Source: Epiperipatus broadwayi (Eukaryota; Animalia; Onychophora). From it: 64,000 nt of DNA. The notes beneath the pieces were generated by a model. That model was not told the DNA's origin. It searched no databases and saw only the letters and a program-made list of their open reading frames with translations. Below are positions 39,810-52,450 of the stretch, piece by piece. Position numbers and translations under genes: made by a program. Each line of letters begins with the position of its first letter. Within the stretch, counting starts at the first letter, position 1. Location: contig JAQFVV010000001.1 in NCBI GenBank assembly GCA_028023455.1, forward strand, positions 18,848,001 through 18,912,000. Direction: 5' to 3'.

Positions 39810-42800
39810 TATTAGAGGATTAAATAGCCCAGGTAAAGTTGATAAAATTGTTGACTATTTATCTAAAGAAAAATATAAAATAGTAATTTTAACTGAGTCT
39901 AAAATTAACCATAATACACTTGGTTATATAATTTATCAATTATCTCAACAGAATATTTTGCTTTTTAAACCTGATGATAGGCCTGCTCAAGGTGCAGCTG
40001 TTTTAATATATATGCATTTAGAGATTGAAAATATTCAGTTGTTGTCTTTACAAATAAACTATATTGTGGTTTCCTTTGTTTATCAGGCAGTCTTGCATTA
40101 TCTGATTGCTGTATACTCTGTTGATAAGAGTAATGATATTGCAAATATAATCCATAATGTTCAAAATAAGTTCTTACAAAAACCAGGGATTATAATTCTG
40201 CGTGGTGACCTTAATTGTACATTCCGATCTCTTCCTATTGCATTACAAAATAAAATGAAAGAAATTTCACTATATTCATTGCATGAAAAATATCCAGATA
40301 ACGCATAAACTTTCTTTAATGGCAGATTCTCATCTCTTATAGACCTTTTCTTTGTACCAGGGCATAAGCTAAATGTGTCAACTATTAATACAGCTCTGGT
40401 TGGTTTTTCAGATCACCTCTGTGTAAAGTTAGTTCTTTACAACTATTATCAAATCAATAATCAATATAGATTTTCTATTAGGAGAAACATTAGAGATGGT
40501 GTTTTGCTCTTGATTGACCAATTATCAGTTATACTGACTGTCATTAATTATTATACAAAATGTTCAGGCCTACCACCCTGTATTGCTTGGTTTAAAATTA
40601 AAAAGATCTCTCTAGAATATGTTATAAGAATGCACAGAATATTTTATCAATGAATCAAATGAAAAATAGAATCTCTGAAATTTAGAGAGTCTTATACAAT
40701 ATTACCTACCTCAGACCTAATCATCAATTGATAAATAGTTTACAAGACAAATACAACAGCTTATATCAACTTATGCATCAAGATGCTCATACAATATGGC
40801 TCAGGAAATTAATTCCTAACTTGGATCTATTATCAAAACCCATGATAAACTATGCTAAATTATATATCCCCTACTCTAGGGGTATTTCCAGTATCACCAA
40901 GGATGATGATGGCATTGCCTCTGGAATCTATATTGATAATTACATATTTGAAAATTTAAAAATCAAATTTGGTGTCAGTACAGGTTTCATTGATCAGTAC
41001 AGTAGTATCATAACTGGGGAACAGAAAGAGTATATTTCAATTCAGGATATTCAAGATGAAATTAATATCCTCAAGGTACAATCAATAATTGCAAATGTCA
41101 CAATTCCAGCCTCTGTTTATAAACAACTTGACTATGCTCTCAGATTTGCAATGTAGAAATTTTTAATCAGTTGTGTTATGAGAGAATTGAGTGGCCTTTT
41201 ATTAGCAACAGAGTAATTTGTAGCCTTAAAAAATACAAATTAGTGCAAAGTCCAACAATTGATGAACTGAGACATATTTCTGTAGAAGATATTGATTCAA
41301 AGATTCTGGCTAGATTTCTCTTGAAAAAATTACATCACCTTATCCATACTAGAATATCTTCTGCTCACCATGCCATTAAGGATAGACATGCAGTAAATGC
41401 TGCCTTAAAAATTCATGAGGCTATTAAAAAATGCAAGGGATTTAAACTTAACCCAATATTATGCTATCCAAATAGATTTTAGGGCTGATTTTGATGTGAT
41501 CCATTGGACATATTTGATTCAGTCCCTCCATCTTTTAATCCCAGATCACATATGGTCGGTGAATGCAGTTGAAAACTATATTAAAAATAGTAGAATCTCT
41601 CTTAAAAACTTTATGAGAAGATCTGATTTTTTTATTCCTAAGAGGGGCATTACACAGAGTTCTCCCCTTGCAGCTCTTCTGTTTGCAGTTTATATAGTCC
41701 CTCTTGTTTGTAAGATTGAATATCTCGTTTCCAGTCTTTGTCTTCTGCACTTGGGATTGCAGGTAGCTGTCACAGCATTTATTGATGATATTATTATAAT
41801 ATCTCAAAGCAGCTATAATATCCAAATTGTTATGAATATCATTAGAAAATTTTCAGGCTGAAACTGGCTCAATTATTAAACCAATATAGTCGGCAGCCTG
41901 GCAGTTAGCTACCAGGTAAAAAAATGCCATCTAACTTTATGGTGCTTCTGTCTGCTTTCTTGGGCATACCATTATATATGACCAAGACTAAAATGAACAC
42001 TTACTCAAATAAATTAATTATTAAAAAAATTGAAGATCAAATAAGTAATTTTTCATCACCTAAATTATATGAAATTACAAGAGCGTTAATTTTTAATTCC
42101 ATTGTTTCAGAGATTTTGGCATACTATGCACCCTGGGTAGCCCTATATAACAAAACAATACTCAGAATAAACCAGATTGCAAAGTAGTATGTCTGGGGTA
42201 GAGCTTCAAGATGGATCTCAATATCAACCTTGCAGATGCCAAAAGAAAAAGGAGATATTGGTCTGATTGATCCAGAGCTATATGTATTTTACATCAAGGC
42301 AAGTACATTTATTAACTTAATTAAGAGTCAATTTCTTGGGTCTTCTGTTGATCTTGCCAGTGCCTTTAATGAAATAGGATGTAAAGAAAAATCTTTTGTA
42401 GCTGATCTGTTCATTGTTTATAGAAATCTCCAGGATGATATGAATGTGTCCAGTTTGAAAGGTATTAAGTATAAAGACTTAATGAATCATTTTAAAAGTC
42501 ATGGCAATTCATGGTTGGATATATCAAAGAAAAATGTGTTGAAAAAGTTCCAGTCTATATATGCACACCAATCCTATTTGAAAATTGTTTTCAAACTGGT
42601 GAATGGCTTATTTCCAATAACTAAGGTTCTAAATGAAAGACTACATATGAATTTAGATCCAGTCTGTTTGCTATGCAAATCTGGTAATGAAACTTTTCAG
42701 CATCTATTCAAAGAATGTTTGGCATTTAGGCAGATAAGAACTAAAGTGTTCCACAAGCCAATGATAAAGTTGAAACTTTTACTTAGTCAACCCTCACAAT

Positions 42801-42826
42801 GCAATGGTGACTGTGCATACACTTAA
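39778..42826 (+). pseudogene. LINE ORF2 (APE-RT-zf-RVT), fragmented by stops and frameshifts
   Basis: MNKSLSILTLNIRGLNS, VILTESK, LRGDLNC, SDHLCV (APE); IDFRADFDVIHWTYL, RGITQSSPLAALLF, AFIDDIII (FIDD 41778-41789), FLGIPL (RT); CLLCKSGNETFQHLFKEC (zf-RVT). Confidence 0.92.
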
Positions 42827-43115
42827 GACAATATGGTATATACGATGTACTATGATATTTGACAACAAGAAATTGAACTGGCTAATCAATCATTTTGTTA
42901 TTTTTTTTCTCATTTGAGTTGCACATCTTAGAATCTCCTAGTACAGTGATACAAGTCAATATCCTTGAGTTTAGGATAACTAGTTAATTGCCTGCAGACT
43001 TTTTGTCTTAATAGTGGAATATATCAAATTCTTTGGGTTTTGGTATACAAAACGGTATCATATTTATCATTTGTTTAATTACTTGTATAAATTGTAAATA
43101 TTTATTGTTAATAAA

Positions 43116-43120
<5 letters not shown>

Positions 43121-43184
<64 letters not shown>
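43121..43184. repeat. (TA)n microsatellite at the LINE 3' end
   Basis: Direct reading. Confidence 0.95.
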
Positions 43185-43192
<8 letters not shown>

Positions 43193-46100
43193 TGCCACAA
43201 GAAGTTGTATTAGTTAAATTGCATATGGTATAACAATATGGGAAGAAATATTTATTAGTCATATTAGATCTGTATACAATTCAAAATTATACATTAAGAA
43301 TTACTCAAAGCAAATCTATACGCTATCCAGTGATTAAATTTTATAATTAGTTTCAATACTCACGGTAAATTAATTATATATATTTAATCTCCATAATTAT
43401 TTTTAAGACATTGCAAACAAATCCATCTTGGATGATTCTCTCAGTAACCACTTGTATGTCTGCCTGCCTGATAGACCATTTACGAACTAGATTTTACAAT
43501 ATTTTAATACAAAATAACAAAATATCTTTAATCAATGTAGTAGTACTAAATTTAGAAAAATATTAAGTTCTTCGGTCACGGAAAATGAACCTATAGAAAA
43601 GAATGATGTGTTATATCTATTTTTTTTATATATTTTAAATTTAAATACTAATTCCTGTTTTAAACTTCATATATACTAAGACATTGTAAAATATCTTCCA
43701 TGCGTGATTCTTTTCAGAAATGATGAATCATAATCGTGAAATTAAATTAAAGTTTAAAAAAGTATTACTATTATTAGTACATGAAAATTAAATTTTGACT
43801 TACAGTTGATATCCCATTGATTTCTTAATCTTTCTCTGATATAAGAAGCCTAAGTGAATCATATTTTTATTAACAGTAAAAGAATAAAAAAAAAAGTTTG
43901 TAAAAGTATGAAGGTAGAATTTTATTTAGAAATTTAAATTATATATATATATATGAGACTTCCAAATTTTAAGTGTTATAAAAATAGTAGTATCTGTCCT
44001 CCAAACAGATAATATATTATTATTAGAAATATTTTTTTACATTAAAAAAGCATTTTTTTTTTTACTTAGATATATATAGTTTTTAAAAATTGTAATTGCG
44101 ATAGAAAGAATAAATGCATGGATAAGTATTATAAGACTTATAAAAAAAAATATTATTTGCTAAAAAAAAAAAAAAAACATTTCTTCGTTTTAATTATTTC
44201 CCTTAAAATGCAAATAAATTAAAGTATATCTTATATAAAGTTATACATATACATTTTTAGTGCCTATGGGTGATTTCACCGACATGAAAATTCTATATTA
44301 AAATTTGAATACATATTTTTTAGTCACGTCTCAATAGAATTTGAGATTGAACATTTATTATGGTTATAATGATTTGATTAAGGAATGTATTTATAAAAGC
44401 TCCTCCATAAATGATTATTTATTTTGGATCTCATGAAGATGGGAATTCTTTAATTGTCTCTAAGGTAAATATCCTGTGAAAATTTAATTGTTACTTATAT
44501 ATGGTATGAAATTTTTTATCATTTTTTTGATAAAAAGTATGTATTGAGATTTTTATATATAATAGAAATATGCCATGTCCTACTTTCTTCGGAAGCTCGT
44601 AGGAATATATATTTTTTGTAATGTTTTATGGTCTTGATTATATTTATTTCAGCGTGGATAGATTTTTTCGTATCAAATATTAATAATATTCATACTAGGA
44701 AATAATATGAATGAATAAAATATAATAGAAAAATGAAATTATGATATAATTTACCTCTCTCTATATAGTAATTATTCTATCATAATTAAAAATAATTTTG
44801 AATTAATTTTGTATAAGTTCATGGTCATGAGAAATTCAATTACTTCTTTTTAATCTCTATATCTGTGTTTTTTTTTAATATGAAATTACATTAAAATACA
44901 AAATAACGTTTTAATTATTAAAGAAAAAAAATCTCATTGATAAAACTTATAACTTATATTTCAGTAATGATTATTATTATTTATAATTATTTAACTTGTT
45001 TTCGTTATTGTTAAACTTATTGAATAAATATTTTTTAATTTAAACTTTAAAAATTAATATCTTTCATAATTATAGAAGCAGTTATTTATGATTAATTTCA
45101 TGCTCGAAGTGGACATAGTATAATGTGAATATGTTTATAACAAAGATGAAGATGGGGAGAAGAGTGGGAATCTGTATTTAATTATTCAAGAATAGGAATA
45201 GGTATAAAAGTCATTGAGATGGCTATCTAATTCATTCTTTTGATACAATGGTTAGCTAAGAATGTTAATAATGCGATTCTGTGACAAATGTGAAACACAT
45301 CTTTTGGGAGCATATGGTCCTCAAGATGACATTCAAATAGGTATTTCATTATGTATACTATGAAGTAAGACTTTTTATATTTAGTTGATAGACAATGAAT
45401 TAATTTGAGTAAACAGTATTATGTTGACCATGTTAAGAAAATAGCTATCTTTAGTTGTACATACATTTTAGCTTAAAATAGCTATCTTTAGTCATATATA
45501 CATTAGGTATGTTTATTCTAAGAACATCAACTCAGAGGCATGGATTAATTTATATGAAATCATCAACTCACACCTTAGAATAAACTATATTAAAAATAAA
45601 AATACATAAATCTATAGAAGAGATCACACTGATATAAATCAACATCCATAATGTTTAATTTTTCCTTGTACATCCATATCTTTAGCTGACATTCAATACT
45701 ATCACTAATTGTCACTACATATAAATTAGCTTACCTAATATAACATTCAAATCTATTTTCTATCATGTTATAATATGGTATTATTTCTGCATTTTACTAC
45801 AATATTTATATATATATATATATATATGTGAGGGTGTTCAGACTTTATGTTTCTATGCTGTCAAAACATTCATTTATTTGAATTTCATTTAGTGTTATAC
45901 AATGTCTAAATTATATATAAATTGTGCTATCCAGTAGCACAAAGACTATTACTGTGTATGAACGAATCTATATTAATCAAAGCAAAAATAGTTTTGTTAA
46001 ATACATTGACTAATATTCATTATTTTGTCCCCCACTAGAATAAAAGTTTTAATAAAAATGTGATTATTAGAGTAAAATTTTTAAAAAAGGTAATTCTCAG

Positions 46101-46379
46101 TGTGAAGTATTCATTTTATTATCAGATATATTTTACAAAGTTTAAAAACATAAAATGCACACTATCTAAAATTTTAAGAAAAAAAATTATATATTTTTTT
46201 TTCATTTCTTTTGTAATAAGCAACAATGGTAAAATTTGAAGGCAGTAAATATTGCAAATATAAAGATAAATTTTGGACCTCAAGTTAAAATTAAAATAAA
46301 GAAAATCCTGGTTATCAAAATGCAGCAGTGGCTAATTGAATACAAAATATAGGGTTGTGTCAGTTGCATTTTCTCTATC

Positions 46380-47780
46380 TTATTTTTTCTGCCATCAAAA
46401 TGTTGGTTGGCCATGAGATATTTATATCTGTAATCCCCATTAGTGTGAAAGCAATTAGAATCACAGATTGTCCACTTTATTTAAAGCTATGAAAGCCATC
46501 AAATGCTGCTGTAAAGTATTATCAATGGTTGGCAGAAAACCTTTAAGTACATTTGTTCATCACTGCCCAATCTACAATTGAGTGTTAAAATATTTCACTG
46601 ACCAGTTGAATCGTACATATTTGTAGTTTGTTGCCATTATTCAACTATAAAATTGAATATCATTTGTGGTCATCTGAAAATATTATTTTTAGACACCCTA
46701 CATTAATATATTATCCAATGAAATGTAAAAACAAAAAGATCATCATTCAAGAACATCAAGCCTGCATGGAAAATGTCATACAAAATTAAGACAGAAGTGT
46801 AACTATATATGAAGGTAAGTAACTATAATAACATATCATATAATACTAAATCATCCATGCACTTTACTACTGTTACACAATGCTTTATTTACCACCCTCT
46901 TTTACAGTTTCAATTGCCCTAGCAATCTTCTTCAGAACTTTTATATCTCCTAACTTCAACTCTAAATTCCTAACTAATCTTTCTTATTGTATTGCCAAAT
47001 GTATATAATATAATACTAAATCATCCATGCACTTTACTACTGTAAACTATAAATGAACTGAATCTGAAAATACCAGTAAAACATTATTATAATAATAAGT
47101 AATTAATTAATTATCAAAGGCCTTCTCTAAAATATGTAAATAATCTATCAATATATAATTATATGGATTTAAATTTTAGACATTTTTTTTATTGTATAAT
47201 GTATATTTCTTTCTTTTAATTTTTTTTTTTTGTAATTTAATATTTTTATTGACTCATGTATTGCAGAATGTGTTATGGGAAAGACAAAAACCAATTATAA
47301 CAGTGTTTTAAAGAAAAGGACTTCAACAGCTTCTCTTATCATTTATGCTAATTTTATTTTATAATGCAGCTATCTAAAACAAATGTCCTATCACTTGATG
47401 GTAAAGAAAATATAATTGGTTGGAAAGGAAGTGTCATATTACTTTCCCCTTATTACTAAAATAATATATTAATAATTTACTGTAATGCTAGCACCCAAAA
47501 ATTATAAGGTATTTAAGGTAGGTGATCTCTTAATAAATTCAGGCCTAGAAGAGGGGTCAAATCTAGGAAATGTATTGCATTTTCTCCATGTATTCATATA
47601 TCTTTATGATTGTATATTAAAACAATAGTTTTATTATGTCATAAATCTAGAAAGTAAATTTGTATTATAATGATTTTTTAAATAAATCCGAAATTATCCA
47701 TATTCAGGTCATTTTGTCATATAATGATACATGCAATAAATTCCAGTCAAAAAGGAGAATGCATAACCAGGAAATGTAAC
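46380..47780 (-). mobile_element. Dispersed repeat, copy 1; CR1/L2-like RT remnant on the minus strand
   Basis: Colinear with about 54340-55340 (e.g. CATCAAGCC(T/A)GCATGGAAAATGTC, GAACTGAATCTGAAAATA); minus strand FSDDHK and WSVKYFN resemble FADD...WS..W...FN. Confidence 0.55.
46810..47043 (-). mobile_element. Partial tandem (170-bp period) insertion carrying a hammerhead-like core (family D)
   Basis: Exact 36-bp direct repeat at 46838-46873 and 47008-47043; segment absent from the 54.7-kb paralogue; minus strand CUGAAGA-A-GAUUGC[UAGG]GCAAUU-GAAACUGUA at 46903-46935; helix I only 2 bp. Confidence 0.6.
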
Positions 47781-48260
47781 TCTGTATTCTCAATGTAATT
47801 TTATATCTTTATAATTGTGTATTAGAATCCAAAGTTTGGTGATATTATAAATCTATAAAATAAATTTCCATTATAATATATTTTAAATTATCCCCTCCCC
47901 CCCTAATACTCGGTTATCTGAGTTGTTTTAGATGCATAATAGTGCAATGGCTGTCCAAGTGTAGTCATTTAAAATAAGATATCCTTGGATGAACAAATAA
48001 GGAAAAAAACAAATACTACTTATATTATTAATAATACTGAGATTTTAAACAGAATGTAGACTGTTTAAATAATTTTTTGCACTTCAACATTTGAAAGCAT
48101 TAGATGAAGAAAGGCAAAAAAAAAATTTGTATAAAGAAAAAATAAATAATTTCCCACTAGAATAATAATTATAAAATATTTAAATAAATAAAAAGATTAA
48201 ATAGATGACAAAATAGATGAGTAAATGATAGAATAAAATAGACAGCTAAACATAGGGTGG

Positions 48261-48501
<241 letters not shown>

Positions 48502-48582
48502 TAAAAAAATCCTTCTTTTTTTTTTTTCAAAAACTTTATTTTTTATCTCAATACTGAACATATATACATTTATATACAAAAC

Positions 48583-48627
48583 TCCAATGTTTCAACTGTT
48601 TTATCTCATACAGTCATTTTCAAGGAT
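48583..48627 (-). ncRNA. Hammerhead family B, left-arm copy (helix III mutated: GAAACAUU)
   Basis: Reverse complement of 50742-50786 with a G>A change at position 16.2. Confidence 0.55.
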
Positions 48628-49586
48628 CCGCAACAATATTAAATACATATCAACAAATAAACTTCAATTACATAAAAACTTTCTCTTACATTAACATAAT
48701 AACAAACATTAAACATATAGAAATATATTTTACTTACATCTTTCTCCCACTGCTATATTTTATTACTCTTTTTTTTTATTTACATTGTTTAATTACAAAT
48801 ATATCTTAAAATCATCCAAGAAACTTTCTATACAAATTTAAATACCAACTCTAATTTCCAAAAACCTCCCCCTTTCTTTAAATTTTATCTAAAACCCATC
48901 TTAAAACTACATTCCTAAACTATATATTTAAAAGAATGTAAAACAAATTTAAACATCCTCCCTCTCTCTCTCTCTCTCTCTCTCTTTTATACAAAAAACT
49001 TCTAACAATTTACCTAAACCCATTAAGCAACTATTTTAATTATACATTAATTTATATTCCTTATCTACTCCATTAATTCTATTTAGAGTAGAATTATATT
49101 TTATTATATAAAAAATTCTTTAACCATCCTTTCCCTATAATTTTTAACCTTTTCTAACATTTTAATACTAAATTCGTTATGACCTAAACCTTTACAACGA
49201 ATGTAAATATTTGAATTTTTGTTAAAACCTTTACAATGAATGTAAATATTTGATTTTTTGTCATACAAATGTTGTCTAAGTCTAACAAAAATTCAAATAT
49301 TTACATTCGTTGTAAAGGTTTAGGTCATAAAGAATTTAGTATTAAAATGTTAGAAAAGGTTAAAAATTACAGGGAAAGGATGGTTAAAGAATTTTTTTAT
49401 ATAAAAAAATATAATCCTACTCTAAATAGAATTAATGGAGTAGATAAGGAATATAAATTACTGTATAATTAAAATAAACAGAGCAAAACTCTCCATACAG
49501 TATTGCCACCTGTGCTAAACAGAGTAATCAATGGATGCCAGAAGGCTTGTGCATAAAATCCCTATCTAATGCCTACTCATCCAATA

Positions 49587-49628
49587 TCCCCAGACTAGTT
49601 TCTGCCTTGTGGCCTTCGTCAGTGAGGA
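49587..49628 (-). ncRNA. Hammerhead family A
   Basis: UCCUCA-CUGACGA-AGGC[CACAA]GGCA-GAAAC-UAGUC^UGGGGA; one helix II mismatch. Confidence 0.75.
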
Positions 49629-50042
49629 GCTCTGGATCTGAGAGCACTGCATATAGATCTTAGGATCTAATGCAATCCTCTAGCAACCACCTTTTATCTC
49701 TACTTAACTACAAAACTATGAGAATGAAATTGAAAACACAAAAAATATTTTCAATCTAAGATCAATAGCTTATATAGTCATATGGGTCTGAACTCAGTTC
49801 AGCACCCATACATTTTGGTGTCTTTGGCTCTTTTACAACCATAGACATCACTATCCTATTAGGCAGGATTGGTGTTAAACCATTAAGCATCACATGATCA
49901 CATTTCCTATACTAGCACATTAATTGTTGATAAACAGAGCAAAACTCTCCATACAGTATTGCCACCTGTGCTAAACAGAGTAATCAATGGATGCCAGAAG
50001 GCTTGTGCATAAAATCCCTATCTAATGCCTACTCATCCAATA

Positions 50043-50081
50043 TCCCCAGACTAGTTTCTGGCTTGTGGCCTTCGTCAGTGG
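50043..50081 (-). ncRNA. Hammerhead family A, 5' helix I strand cut by the inversion junction
   Basis: CCA-CUGACGA-AGGC[CACAA]GCCA-GAAAC-UAGUC^UGG; exactly 456 nt from the 49587 copy; 3-bp helix I remains. Confidence 0.7.
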
Positions 50082-50128
50082 TTGCATTAGATCTTAAGAT
50101 CTAGATGCAGTGCTCTCAGATCCAGAGC

Positions 50129-50170
50129 TCCTCACTGACGAAGGCCACAAGCCAGAAACTAGTCTGGGGA
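50129..50170 (+). ncRNA. Minimal type I hammerhead ribozyme (family A)
   Basis: UCCUCA-CUGACGA-AGGC[CACAA]GCCA-GAAAC-UAGUC^UGGGGA. 6-bp helix I, palindromic ACUAGU helix III, predicted GUC cleavage after 50164. Confidence 0.88.
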
Positions 50171-50741
50171 TATTGGATGAGTAGGCATTAGATAGGGATT
50201 TTATGCACAAGCCTTCTGGCATCCATTGATTACTCTGTTTAGCACAGGTGGCAATACTGTATGGAGAGTTTTGCTCTGTTTATCAACAATTAATGTGCTA
50301 GTATAGGAAATGTGATCATGTGATGCTTAATGGTATAATTAAAATAGTTCCTTAATGGGTTTAGGTAAATTGTTAGAAGTTTTTTTTGTATAAAAGAGAG
50401 AGAGGGGTGTGTGTTTAAATTTGTTTTATATTCATTTAAATATATAGGTTAGGAATGTAGTTTTAAGATGGGTTTTAGATAAAATTTAAAGAAAGGGGGA
50501 GGTTTTTGGAAATTAGAGTTGGTATTTAAATTTGTATAGAAAGTTTCTTGGATGATTTTAAGATATATTTGTAATTAAACAATGTAAATAAAAAAAAAGA
50601 GTAATAAAATATAGCAGTGGGAGAAAGATGTAAGTAAAATATATTTCTATATGTTTAATATGTTTGTTATTATGTTAATGTAAGAGAAAGTTTTTATGTA
50701 ATTGAAGTTTATTTGTTGATACGTATTTAATATTGTTGCAG

Positions 50742-50786
50742 ATCCTTGAAAATGACTGTATGAGATAAAACAGTTGAAACGTTGGA
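50742..50786 (+). ncRNA. Minimal type I hammerhead ribozyme (family B, U3/A8 core variant)
   Basis: AUCC-UUGAAAA-U-GACUGU[augagauaaa]ACAGUU-GAAAC-GUU^GGA. 6-bp helix II, palindromic AACGUU, 3-bp helix I; located in a Penelope 3' region. Confidence 0.7.
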
Positions 50787-50944
50787 GTTTTGTATATAAA
50801 TGTATATATATGTTCAGTATTGAGATAAAAAAATAAAGTTTTTGAAAAGAAAAAAGGAGAAGGATTTTTTATTTGTTGATATTATTGTAGAACATATATA
50901 TTTTGAAAGAAAAAGTGGATGTATCTTTGCTGTGTTATTATATA

Positions 50945-50946
<2 letters not shown>

Positions 50947-51017
<71 letters not shown>

Positions 51018-51039
51018 TGATGATGATGATGATGATGAT
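50947..51039. repeat. Compound (AAT)n(GAT)n microsatellite
   Basis: Direct reading. Confidence 0.97.
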
Positions 51040-51199
51040 AAAAACAACAAATAGGAGATGGAGCAATAGGATGAGAGTAATGGATGGATGTGCTATTTAT
51101 ATGTATCATAAAAAAATATAAAAGATTATGATAATATGTGCAAAAATAAAGAAAATTAATTGTTGGTGAATTTATAAATAAAGAATGGAAACCAGAGAA

Positions 51200-52450
51200 A
51201 GAAAAGGTGAAGATAAACCAGAAACATAAATGTATAGTATCAACTGTGTCATGTTAATAAACATGTTAAAAAAATTGCAAGATGAGATGGTTAAAAAATT
51301 GAATGAAGTAGTCAAAGAAAATACAGAAAAAATAATTAACAGCTAAGGCTGACTTCAAGATGAGATGGTCACAAAATTGGATAAAAGAATAAAATTGTCA
51401 AAGAAATAAATGATAACCAAGACCAAATTGGAAAGAGGACCAGAAAATTATTCTAGAGACTGGATGATGGTTTAGTAAATATAAATAATAAAATTAATTA
51501 AGTTAATGAGAAAGTACAAAAAAATGAAAGCAATGAGAAATTTGAGATAGTGGAAAAGCATCTCAAAAACACTGTAAAAATAATATGTACTGGAAACAGA
51601 GGGGCATTAATAAAAGTTAAAGTATATAATATTGCATAGTAGTTGGAGATATTTCAGATGAAGAAGATAAATCAAAAAGAAAAATGAGGGACTAGCACCC
51701 AAAATATGGATGTTAGAGGCAAAATGTGATGACGCATGAAGCGCAAATAATACAAAAGTTTAAAAGATATAAGTGATATGCAACCTGAATATGAGGACAT
51801 AAGAACCAAAATGAAAACAAATGAATAAAAGTATGCACACAGTATTGTAAACCAGTTTCTAAAAATAAGAATATTTTCTGATCACACTGGTGAAGCTCCT
51901 GTAGAGTAGCTTAATAGTCTGGATAAGTAAGTATCAATCCCATGACAGAGGAGGTTAAACTTGTTATACCATGTATTCACCCACAGATGATATCCATGCT
52001 AGGTGGGATTACCTATTTAAAAAGCCTGATAATTTTCATGAGTATAGGTATACTATTGAAAAGGGCATTAAGTACCAGGTGTCTCAGGATAGATATCAAT
52101 GTGGTGAGACATGCACCTCATTTTTAGGAGGCAAGGAGATAAACTTAGAGTTTTAACAGTCTATCCATTATCCAGAAGTTAAATATCTCAGATAGTGAAA
52201 CATATCTTTCCATGTCATGAGGAGCCAATGTTGATTGGTATTAATTGTAAGATGAATGACAACGTAGTTGTTCTATCCAGTGCCTTTGACAGCAGTAAGT
52301 CTCCTAATGAGACTAAGGAAAAATGGTTTAATACCCATAATAAACTTTCATATAGAAGAATTTATCCTCATGAATATAATAAACTTTGGGAAGAGGAATG
52401 GATCACCTACATCAATCCAGAGAAAATCCTATTTTATCCACAAGATTGAA
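51200..52450 (+). pseudogene. Possible decayed gag-like (LTR retrotransposon) coding remnant
   Basis: Purine-rich coiled-coil repeats LQDEMV(K/T)KL twice; FSDHTGEAPVE*L and HARWDYLFKKPDNFHEY loosely resemble retrotransposon gag. No CCHC, protease or RT motif seen. Confidence 0.3.

Larger units (their letters stand above)
38250..43120 (+). mobile_element. Near full-length but inactivated Tx1/L1-clade LINE
   Basis: ORF1 remnants with a CCHC knuckle, then APE, RT and zf-RVT in order; AATAAA at 43110-43115 followed by (TA)n. The 5' boundary is approximate. Confidence 0.9.
49477..50332. mobile_element. Greater-than-unit-length head-to-head copy of the 456-bp HHR retrozyme-like element (three HHRs)
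   Basis: Left arm 49477-50080 is about 1.3 units (GAGCAAAACTCTCC at 49481 and 49937); right arm 50081-50332 is inverted; GTATAATTAAAATA at 49463-49476 and 50333-50346, with a single copy in the uninterrupted left arm of the host foldback. Confidence 0.92.

Noticed and set aside
43600-45000. Possible very old Penelope remnant (VPMGDF near 44262, HGHEKF near 44820)
   Set aside because: Only isolated short motifs in broken frames; needs translated HMM support.
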